From Convolutriloba macropyga (lineage: Eukaryota), in NCBI RefSeq assembly GCF_964194025.1, contig NC_134468.1, forward strand, positions 71,548,001-71,612,000: a DNA stretch of 64,000 nt, written 5' to 3'. The translations under genes were made by a program, and so were the position numbers. Under the pieces are notes generated by a model that was not told the origin of the DNA, searched no databases, and worked only from the letters and a program-made list of their open reading frames with translations. Shown piece by piece: positions 45,344 to 55,605 of the stretch. Numbering within the stretch: position 1 is the first letter of the stretch; each line of letters begins with the position of its first letter.

Positions 45344-45601
45344 TTAATTATTGGCTAAATTTTCTGCAGGAATCTCGATCACACTGTTTTTAGTTTTTAA
45401 CAAAGTTAGTAAATTCTGAAAATTAGGGCTCTCAGATGCATAGGTTATATAAAAATTAGCTGGGGAATTATGCTCAAACACGTAGAAAATAGCTACAAAG
45501 GTAATTCCGTCAGTAATAAATCGTGTTATTTTACCCCTTCTAGTGTTTTCTATTGCTGTTAGATTAAGATGTTCTACAATAACTATTCCAGTTTGGTCCA
45601 T
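45344..45601 (-). CDS. Small accessory protein family B (85 aa), upstream of gag
   Basis: FYITYASESPNFQNLLTLLKTKNSVIEI matches the ORF at 44838. Confidence 0.7.
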   Translation of the reverse strand: MDQTGIVIVEHLNLTAIENTRRGKITRFITDGITFVAIFYVFEHNSPANFYITYASESPNFQNLLTLLKTKNSVIEIPAENLANN

Positions 45602-46099
45602 GCACTGTTTAAAACCTCTATTGGTGAAATTGTACTTGTGAAACCGGTTAAAATTGGGGAATTCTCATCAATTTATGTTATTTTCAGGCTAAAAATCTAT
45701 GTTGGGGGGATAAAATTTAGTTTAAAACCCGTTATTCTTTGTTAAATTTGAGCCTTATTGAGATTTATGTGGTCAAAACTTGGTTAATATTTACTAATTT
45801 TGTGTAAAAATGACGTTAATATGGCTATTTTCTTGAGTAATATTGGTTAAAATTGGATAAGAATGATGTTTTTAAGGCTTAAATGCGATTAGTATCCGTT
45901 AAATTATGATAAAAGTGACGTTAATTTTGTTAAAATCTGGTTAATATTTGAGAATTTAGGTCAAAATGATGTTTATTTGGTTAAAATTTGATTAATATTA
46001 CCCCACCCGGGTCAAGGAATTGATAAAACAGAGTGAATATTCAATTAAGGAAGGCTTAAATTTAAACAAAATTGGGTTAGTTAATGTGAAAATGCAACA

Positions 46100-46860
46100 A
46101 CGTGTGCTTAAATGTGTAGAAAATTAGATATAAATTACACTAAACACGTATTGGGGGGATGAATTCTGGTTAAATTTACGTTAAATTGTTTGAAAATGCT
46201 ATATTTTGGTCAAAAATTCAGTAAAAATTAGACATATGTTACTCTAAATATGATTTGGGGGGATGATTTCTGGTTAAAAATCGGCTATTTAGTGTGAAAA
46301 TGCTAAAATTCTGCTGTGAATTTGGTGAAAATCGGCTAAAATTTAGTTTAATTAGATGTTGAGGCGATGAAATTTGGATAATTTTTGGTTATTTGGAGTG
46401 CATATGCTAAAATTTAACCATAAATTTGGTCCAAATCGGGTCAGAAATAGTCTAAACAAGGTTTGGGGGGATAAATTCTGTATAAATTTCGATTATTTAG
46501 TGTGAAAATACTAAAATTTAACCATAAATTTGGTCAAAATCGGGTTAGAAATAGACTAAACAGGTTATGGGGGGATGAATTTTGTATAACTTTCAATTAT
46601 TTAGAGTGAAAATACTAAAATTCAACCATAAATTTGGTGAAAATTGGGTTAAAATCAAATTATATATGTTTTGGGGGGATAGAATCTGGTTGAATTTCGG
46701 TTATTTAAGGTGTAAATACTAAAATTTAACCATAAATTTGATGAAAATTGGGTGAAAATTAGGCTAAATAGGTTTTGGGGGGATGATTTTTGGTTAAATT
46801 TCGACTATAAAGTGTGAATTTACTTCAATTGTTATATAAATAAACTAAAAATCGGACATA
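46100..46860. repeat. 104-bp degenerate tandem array (about 7 units) in the 5' leader
   Basis: GGGGGGAT anchors at 46153, 46257, (46361 degenerate), 46465, 46569, 46673 and 46777; related decayed sequence extends to about 45700. Confidence 0.9.
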
Positions 46861-47070
46861 GATTACCCCCACCCGGGTCAGAACAATTTTACAAGAGCAA
46901 AGAATCAGTTGCCTGTTACTATTTTAATGTAAATTTACTGTATTTCGGCCGTAAATTTGATATAAATTACTCTATTTGTTTGTCTATTAGTGTGCTTTCA
47001 CTTCTGTGGTAGTGGTTATTTTACTATTTTAATCCGATCGGATAGAAAAACAAAAATTCAGGCGTGATTC

Positions 47071-47088
47071 TTTCCTCTGGGCGCACCA
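47071..47088 (-). promoter_or_regulatory. Primer-binding site TGGTGCGCCCAGAGGAAA, overlapping the last LTR base
   Basis: TGG-initiated sequence abutting the 5' LTR end (...GATAACT); cognate tRNA not recognised. Confidence 0.7.
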
Positions 47089-48197
47089 GTTATCAAATTT
47101 GGCTGGGCTGCTACAGATCACACAATACGGGATCTCTTTATGTATGCCAGTCAAACTTGACAAAAGATATAACAAATCGAAGGCAAAGATATATGCCTAA
47201 CACCTGTCTGTGCTATAAGTCTCAATTTAAAATAGTTGGGGGGCTGAAAGTATTAAATTTATAAAAGAGTAAATATAAAATTACAGCTTACTAATTACCA
47301 GTTGTGTAGTGGTGAATTGGAGGTGAGCTGTTGGGCGATCGTTCACTTGGGTGTTTCTTCAGTTATGTTATTTGTCGAAAAAGAAAGTTATAAAATCAAA
47401 TCTGGAATTATTTGTCTAAGTTATTAAACAATTTTGTTCGACTATTTTATTGTTAAAGTGAAGTTAAATTTTGAGAAAAAATGAAAGCAGTTGTCTGCTG
47501 CTTGTTTCTGGGTGTGATTTCTGTCTCTCTAATTTTATTCCGTCCCACTTCGCTGAGAGAAACAATTAATTCCTCTCAGCTCCGTTTGGGCCGATAGGGA
47601 GCGAATCACAAACTCACGTTCATAGTGAGGTGCTTCTTAATTTTTCTATTGGCCGAGAAGGCAAGAGAATTAACTCTTTTTTATCTCACGGAAAAATTAT
47701 TGAAACTCCAAAAAATAATAAAAATCTAAAAAGCTGAGAGCATCAATTATTGATTTCGTAGGCGCCTGTTTTCTGCTTTTCCCCTCTTCTAAAACCGCAA
47801 CAATTATGGTTTTTTTGGGGGCTTTTTATGAGACTCTATTGTCTTTTCCCCTGAAGCAATCTGCTTCATCTTTATTGAACTTGGGGGGAAAGATCTGCAT
47901 TGCAACTGTCAAAAGCAGAAGTAATTTAAATCAAAAGAAACTGTGGTTTTACAGGCCGCCTACGTTCAACAACGTACATTTTCTATCCTGGATATAAGCG
48001 AGGAGATCCAGGCCTAAAGTTGTGTTATTTAAATAAGTCGAACTGAGTTGTTTAAATACTTGTGTACTGGTAGTCTTAATAAGCGTTAGTTTGTTTAGCG
48101 CGCGGCGAAAGAATGGTTAATTAGCGCCTAAATACGTTCGCTCTAATGCGGGATTAATTATCCGCTCATTTGTAACAGCTCTCGTAATACTACAGCT
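47088..48197 (-). repeat. 5' LTR of giant gypsy element (1110 bp), termini 5'-AGCT...AACT-3'
   Basis: Direct repeat of 28185-29292; followed on the element strand by the PBS. Confidence 0.95.
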
Positions 48198-49689
48198 GTT
48201 TCTTCAAAAAAATTCTCTGTCAAGAGAAAATTCATGATATTTTTGAAATTTTCGAAAATCTGACATGTTTGGTCCGAAATGTTGAAAAAACAAGTTACGT
48301 GCCCCTACTAACTCTGTGAACGACACCTTATTATTTTTGTGGTTTAATTACGGAGAATGAAGGAGCATTTGTTTGTCCTTCGTTGTACCCCGCAAGTATC
48401 CCACCGAAATTAAACGGCCAGTACCACCCTAGTGTCCTACCAGCATACCACCTAAGCGCCGGTATCCCTCCAAAAGTACCTGCTAATTGCAGCTCTGTGC
48501 GACAGCTACAACAACATTTTGTAATTTAATGGCGTTTGGCAAAACTCGCCATCCCACAGGCACAAACACCTCCCACATCAGCCCCTACCCCTCACTTCTA
48601 CCCCTCACTCATGATTCAGTGCTGGTTTACTCTGGGACTTGACTCCGGGTAATTTGAAAAATATGTGCTACTGTTTCTAAAATGCTGCCAAGCACTTTCA
48701 AATTAAATTTTGTTTAATTTTACTTCATTTGATTTTTGTCTCTCATCTTAAAGAGCAAACTACTGAAATATTCAAACACGGAAGTTTGTTGCTATTCTTT
48801 CTGATCTATTAGTGATGCTAAAAATTGGTTGAAAGTCTGATGTCACCTCTCTTACATATAGGTTTAGCACTTCGTGCATCACCTCTGCTTTTCTGATCTT
48901 CTTTATAGTTATGTAAATTTTCAATTTATGTTTTAGTTAATTGCCCATATTGAATTGCCATAACAATCGACCGGAAAAATACTAAACAACCAGACAAAAA
49001 AAAGAAAACAAGAAAACTGTTAGCGAAATAAAAACACCAAACAGATCTTTTTTCTCCTTTTGCGTCAAAAGACGTTGTTAAATCTTAGATTTTTACAAGG
49101 TTCTTGCATTATCTTACAAGATTAACCTCTTCTTATTAAGGTTATTACAAATTTTTCACAAGGTTAACTTTTTTACGAGAATAGTTTTTTCCCCCGCAAG
49201 AATTTCAGATGATTAAGCTATTCTTCCAAGATCTTTTAGGATTAATTTTTTGAAAAAAGACCCGTTAACTAGGTAAAAACCACCAAACAAAAGACGAAAG
49301 CTAAACATGCAATGTTGTAGGACACACGAATAACAAAAGGACGGCAAAAACAAAATCCAGCAAAACAACACCTAAGACCTGTCGGAAATAATTAAATGAG
49401 ACGAGAGAAAACAAGCGCAAAACGGCTATATCATAAAGTGGCGCATTCAAAAAATGGGTAAAAAAATATCGTTCTATTTTCTCTAGAATTGATTGTTTCA
49501 ACAAACGCATCAAATTTTTCTATATATGAAGACCATTTATCTTCCAAATATTTTGTAGATTATATTTTTCAAAGAGAGAATTTTTCTGTCCTCAAAAGCA
49601 GACATTTTCTCACTGAACGTACAGTATAAACGGATTCCGCGTCCAGTTCATGGGGCTTTGAACGCACCGAGGGACTCTGTACAATCATC

Positions 49690-49960
49690 AACCCCAATTT
49701 TTTCAGGTTGTTTATGCCTGATCATCTTTTGAAGGCCTCTGCTGTCTCTTTGACATAGTTTGTTTTCAGTGGCTCATCCCTGAGATACCTTGACAAACAG
49801 TCAACAGCGACAAGCAGAAATTTTACAACATGGTTGTATTTTGCAACTTTATCAACATATGCTAGATCTACGGACCAGATCTCATCTATATCATTAACAA
49901 CCACTTTGAGCTTTGGAAACCCGAGGAGACGAAAACGCTATTTAGTGAAAGATTGTTACG
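49690..49960 (-). pseudogene. Polinton-type retroviral-like integrase fragment
   Basis: VVNDIDEIWSVDLAYVDKVAKYN..KFLLVAVDCLSRY..PLK..ETAEAF, then a stop; truncated. Confidence 0.8.
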
Positions 49961-51059
49961 TTTCCAGATACATTTTCTTTTTCTTCATTGTTTATTGCTC
50001 AAATTTTGCAATATCCTTGCGCTTGCAAACGACGACAGGCCGTGCAAATAGAACTTGTCAAGTTTCCGCACATCATCAATAGAAATCCCAGTCTTTTCTA
50101 CGCACCTCTTCTGCTGTCTTATCTCTACTTTCATCGACTCTTGGCATTTGGCTTTGCGTTTCTTTCCTTTGGTTCAGATCGTCCTCCTTCTGGCTGTTTT
50201 TTTTGCTTCGGTTGTTTTGATACGATTGCCTTTTCATCTTCACAATAAAAGTGATCGAAATTTTTTTTGCGTGGGTATTATAACCCAAGTCGACTGATAT
50301 ATCAAGTTCAATCAAGATTTTGGAATACCGTGAGATGTCATTTTTTTGTAGGTTCTTGTAAAATGTACACAAATCTTGTTACCTCTACTCATTGAGGCTC
50401 ATCGTCAATGTGGAGAATGTTAGTCTCCTAACTAATAGAAACAAGATTTGAATTGAAAATTTAATAAAGGAAAATTGCAGCTCTTTTGTTTTGTTTTCAT
50501 CCACCAATTTCAGTTCTGACAATGTTGAGTCAAATGCTGAAGTCTTCCAAGTTTTCACTATTGGCTCTATTTCACTGCCATCACTAAAAAACAATTCAGG
50601 TTTCACATAGTCTGCATCACTTGCTGCATCGCCGCTACTCGTTCTTCTCTTGATCGATCTATCTGTGTTAGTGTCTGCATCTTGTACTGAGTTGTTTTTT
50701 TTGCTGGTAAATTGGATTTTCATTTATTTCCTGCCTGGCTGGGTTTTTTGAAGTGAATATTTGTGGGGATCAAAACAAAACCTTCTACATGCATTATCGA
50801 CCTTTAAGTAAATATAGCACGACAATTCGTACTCTCGAATGAGTTCTGTTTTTTTGCTTAAAACATTTCGAACTGTTTTTCTTCAAATCTGTTTCCCTTG
50901 ATGATAATTGTTGAAATGAATTCTCTTGACTTTTAAGTAACTGCTTGTTTACTGGAATATTGCCATTGATCACATTCAGCAAACGCTTACAGAGAAAGTT
51001 TATAAAATTGTTTGGTGCTAGTTTGAGAAACTTTCTGAAATTGCTCTCGGACAGCTCCT

Positions 51060-51700
51060 CGTCTGTCAAAGTAATGATAACAACTTTGGAGGAAGGTAGA
51101 TGAAAAATTATTGGACTTGGCTGTACAATAAATGAGCAATAACGCAAGAAGTATGACGATTTTGGATCAAAGTCAATGAAGAAAAGTTCAAAAGGTTTTT
51201 CTGTTGCAAGATCTTAGCTTTCCTTCAATAAATGGGTATTTTTCAACATAGTTTATCTGCTATATGTCTCTAGCTGGCTGATTCAAACAAATTCATGTAG
51301 GTTGTGTTGAGATCAATTGTTTGCGACGATTTGTTCTGATGAAATAAGTTTTGCTTAACGTAAACTACACTAAAGTTTCTATGGCGTCAAGCACTTGCAA
51401 GTTTTGAAAATTCTTTGTCATTGAGAATTTTTTCACACGAATTGTCAAACACAAGCAGACAATTTTCCAGCGGAGAAAGGAATTCAAATCTAGAAAACAG
51501 TGAAAAAAATGTTGACTGTACGCTCTAATGTCCTGAGCTTTGGCTGCTCGTGTTGATAGAAGTAGTAAATAGAACTAACGTTCGAATAGAACTAACGTCG
51601 TTTCTCAATAACAATTGGAATATAAATTCTGTTTTTTCACAACAAGATGGACCACAAACATCATAAAAAGCTTTTCGCTAGTGGATTTTATATTGTTCAT
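51060..51700 (-). pseudogene. A32/FtsK-like packaging ATPase remnant
   Basis: Hand translation shows a degenerate Walker A GPSCCEKT (51653-51630), Walker B LLVFDN and A*RHRNFSVVYVKQNLFHQ..TIDLNTTY; frameshifts and stops present. Confidence 0.75.
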
Positions 51701-52589
51701 AGCTTTGGATTTGGAAGAGCGTAGCCAACTGTGGAGGAAAGCAATGAAAAATAAAATGTTGATTCTTCTTAATCAAGTTTGGAAAGACAAACTTGGTTAA
51801 AGACATTATAATACGAAAAAGCGTTATTAAAATTTGAGTTAAAAAAGGACTTGGGAACGTGTAGCCGAGAATTAAAAAGTTTCCACGAACTCCTCTCTTG
51901 ATTTTCCTCATCAAAAATTCACGCATTCAAACCCTCTCCATTAGCGGAGTCTATCTGGTGTTCTCTAACACTCAATTGAAATTAAATTTTTTGCAAAAAT
52001 GAATTAAAACTCATATTTTTAGATTGTATTGCTTCTTTGTTAGTCTGTCTTTCAATCCAAAAGAATTCGTAAATAGTATATCCCGGGTTTTGTCGTCTTT
52101 TTTGCAAGTCTTTTTAAAGTTTGCCTGCATGCCTTAACCTCTTCCATAGTAGACAATAGACTCTGCGTTGCGTTCACTGGCCAACATTTTAATTTAATTA
52201 GAAAGATTTGCATCTTTCAGAGGCACGTGAACTGGTGCTGACCCATTTGGCGTAGATAAAGGGGTCAGTTTCAGTTTTCTCGTTTTCTGTTGTAACGACA
52301 CGGTACATTTGAATACACTTATGTCATTTTTCAAAATTTTTCCTTAGCCTTCAACGTCTCAATTGCCTTAGTGTTGCAGAGAATCTGTTGTTTTCGCAGA
52401 ATATTCTGTCCCCGTGATTCTATTTTCTGTTCTTTTGATAAGGTCAATTTCAACTACTTATCATTCGTTATTCAACTGCATACTGTCAAACCTGGAGATG
52501 AATTTACTCAAAATATTGACAGAGCTGCGTTCTCCACTCGACGGCTCCTTGGATGGCAGGGCGATCGAATAGAAATACAACTTTGCTTT

Positions 52590-53036
52590 TCCTTTAACAA
52601 AATTTTTCCTCCTTTGCTTTTTGGGCAGCTAGAATGAGTGCAGAGCGCAGGTAATATTATCAATTGGCGATATAAAATCTTCAACTTTTGGACATAGAAG
52701 TGCTTCCAAATCTATGAACTCTTTCTGCAAGAGAGTTTGAAGTGATTCTGTTTTCCCTTTCTCTTTGGCATAAAATTCCCTTAATGGAAACCGAAATTTA
52801 ATAGCGACAAAAATTTGTGAGAGAAACCAGTAGGGATAGGTGCCGCTGTTCTAAGACAAATCATGTAAAAATTCAGTAACCTTCCTATGAGATCTCCAGT
52901 CACTAGTGCAAAGTGAGTTGTAGGAAGCTGGCTGAGTGATAAGAAATGTGTCAAAATAATTAATTGAACAAATCAATATTTTTCTCATTATAAAACCAGA
53001 TTTCTTGTAACGAAAACCTTCAAAGTCTAATATCAC
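52590..53036 (-). pseudogene. DEDD-like nuclease-fold remnant in the Polinton fragment
   Basis: ILDFEGF..FI..HDLS*..GTYPY..IDLEALLCP pattern with internal stops. Confidence 0.45.
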
Positions 53037-55058
53037 TGTTTTTTGTTACAGCAAAAAGTGAACAAATTGTTTTTAAAAGTTTTCACAAAAAAAACAGCCC
53101 GATCCCGTGATATGACCAAAATACTCGTTCGTAATTGGACAAGGTAACACATAGGAGGATCCAGGGCCTTTACGATTGTACTCTGCTTGAAAACCCGATG
53201 TTTCGTGGAGTATTGCATGAAGTCGAAGTATTTTGAACGATTTGAAGTAGTTGTCCAGTGACGAATTATCAATTCCAATTAGATCGCCATACGGTCTCAG
53301 CTTCAGTGTTGTCTCCAAATCAAAATCAAGATCAATGTATGGACTAGCAGCTATAAAATACAGAAACCTTAGACCGTAATTTGGATAATTGTACTTCATC
53401 TGCAGGTAAATTTCATGAATATTTGTTAGATTAATGTTTGCTTTGGTTTTGGCCATTCTTTTTGCCAAATATAATTCTGACAAAATGAATCCTAATCTTA
53501 ACTCCTAGGATAACCTCCCCACTTGAGTTTCCAACCACTTTATATTCCGACAATCAGCAAGCCACATGTAGCGAAAACACCACTCTTTCAACATAAAGGG
53601 TCTACCATCTCTCACAAACTAGACTATCACAAAATATATATACCAACAATAACCTGCCAGACAAATTCATGTAGCGCAATTACCACGTTCCTAACGTAAA
53701 AGATCTCCCCTAGAGGACAAGGGATCCCCCTCTGCCAAAAGGATCTCGAAGGATCTCTCTCCCCCAGATCTTCCTGCATATATACGATACTACTAATGCA
53801 AGTTTGTTGGCCACTTACAGTTCGAAACCCCTATCATAGGATTTCCGCTTATTAAGTACGTCAGTATACATTGCTATTCTAGCACTAAACACTAGAACAA
53901 ATGAGTTTGATTGACACTTTGTATTGAAAATGAAGAGTACACAAAGATGATATTTAGCTTGTAAAGTTTTTTTCCAATGAAAGTTGACAAAATTGATTTT
54001 TTAAGTCTGGTTCGTTTTGTGTGACAGGATTCCTTAGCTTATGCTATCCATAGGATAGGAAAAAATAAGGAAAATTCATCGATCAATTATCACAAATCAG
54101 CGTTCAGTTAGCTTGCTTGACACTGGAAGGACTCAAAAGCATAGGGAACGTTTTTTTTTTACAAAGAACAAAGAAATAAAAATAATTGCGTGTTCACTTA
54201 AAAATTTGTAAAAACTTGTGAAGAGCACATACTGCTAAGAAAAAATGGAAAATACTTCGAGTATCAGCATCTGACGGTTTCAACCGCAAGTTCAAGATTC
54301 TTCCAAAAGAAGTTATTCTTGCGAGATTCTTATAACAGTCCTATGAAATTATTTTTGTCTTGCAAGATGTTAAAAGAATAACTCTGTCTTATAAGATCTC
54401 AAAAGGTTCAGCTTTTTAGGCAAGAATATTGCCAGTTCTTAAAAGATGAACTTTCGTTTTGTGTCGGGTATCTATCGCGGATATAAAAGATCAAAACATT
54501 AAGGGTGAACAACAATGATCCAGATTCATAAATTTCATCACCAATTTTCCTAGACAACGTGGCCAATTTGATTTCTTTTTTTTTTGGGATAAAAAACAGT
54601 GTTCTCGATTTTGTTCGACCAGTACCAAGAAAATTTTTCGAAATTTTGGACTATAACTTGAGTCTATTTCAGAGACTTATTTCCTCGAGCTCTATAATCT
54701 AGGTTCATGCAAAACTGAAAATAACTGCCTTCCTTTACGCAACTAGTATTGCGAGGAACTTTTATTCATCTAATCATCTTTTAAGCCTTCTTTCATCTCT
54801 GGCACGTTTTTAACATTATGCAAATTACATAAGCGATTGACGAAAAGCTGTGGACAGCAGTGGCACTGAGCGTGGTTAGTGTGTAAATACCACAAATTGT
54901 TACCCTTGTTCAATTAAAAGCATCGTGGATAACCGTGATGGATACTTCCCATTTTAAAGCAGATTTGGACTGTGAAAGTGTTATTCTCTCCTTTTGATAG
55001 TTTGCTTCAATTTATACGGAAACAAACAAATTGCGTTAACAACGAGCCACACAGAAAC

Positions 55059-55407
55059 TGTACCAGGAGAGGCACGTGCTAAAAAAACTGTAACTTTGAA
55101 CACCAAGTCATAATGTTGATTATATAGATATAATTCAATGGTTAGGAAATTGATGACTTTTCACGGTAGCAAAAGAAGATTTGTGAAACAAATCTCACGA
55201 AAGTTATAACTGTTGAAAAGGAACAACAGTGGGCAAAGGGTAGCCCAGGCATATCGTGCCAAAGTAACTATAACTCAAGGGTCTTTTTTGAAACACCACC
55301 AACACTGGCGTCAGTGAAGCAAGCTGATTAGTTTGCTTCTCTGACGTCCGGCCGCAGCACCACCAACACTACACATTCAAAATTAACTGAAGGCGGAACA
55401 CCGCACA
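55059..55407 (+). repeat. 5' LTR of BEL/Pao element (TG...CA)
   Basis: Matches 62387-62736 with about 8 differences seen by eye. Confidence 0.95.
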
Positions 55408-55416
55408 GTTTTTTTC

Positions 55417-55427
55417 TGGTGACCCCG
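55417..55427 (+). promoter_or_regulatory. PBS complementary to the tRNA-Trp 3' end
   Basis: TGGTGACCCCG equals the first 11 nt of the known tRNA-Trp PBS (TGGTGACCCCGACGTGAT). Confidence 0.75.
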
Positions 55428-55605
55428 CTAACCTAGCTGGAACGCGCGACCTCAAGGCAGAGGCAAGGGCAAAGGCAAACACAAAGACCACGAATCATCC
55501 CCAAAGACCAAGACCCATCCCCCCACCGGACAGCAAAGACCCCCCAGCACAGTCAACATTTCAACAACACAATACACAAAGCAGAATACAAACCTCCTGA
55601 CAGCA

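Larger units (their letters stand above)
28185..48197 (-). mobile_element. Giant (about 20.0 kb) env-bearing Ty3/gypsy (Metaviridae) LTR retroelement with about 18 accessory ORFs
   Basis: Two ~1.1-kb direct repeats, PBS, uninterrupted gag, pol in PR-RT-RH-IN order and env, plus dense co-oriented small ORFs. No TSD could be identified. Confidence 0.95.
49430..53794 (-). mobile_element. Decayed Polinton/Maverick (adintovirus-like) fragment
   Basis: Co-oriented broken ORFs: c-integrase, packaging ATPase, LLNVINGNIP-type conserved protein and ILDFEGF nuclease-like ORF. Candidate terminus AGTAGT on the minus strand at 53794, preceded by GGATC(C/T)C subterminal motifs. Left boundary approximate. 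Confidence 0.75.

Noticed and set aside
55263-55282. AGTAACTATAACTC in the Pao LTR resembling the LSU rRNA homing-endonuclease/R2 target region
   Set aside because: About 14 nt of AT-rich similarity with no flanking rRNA homology; a similar string occurs at 8283.
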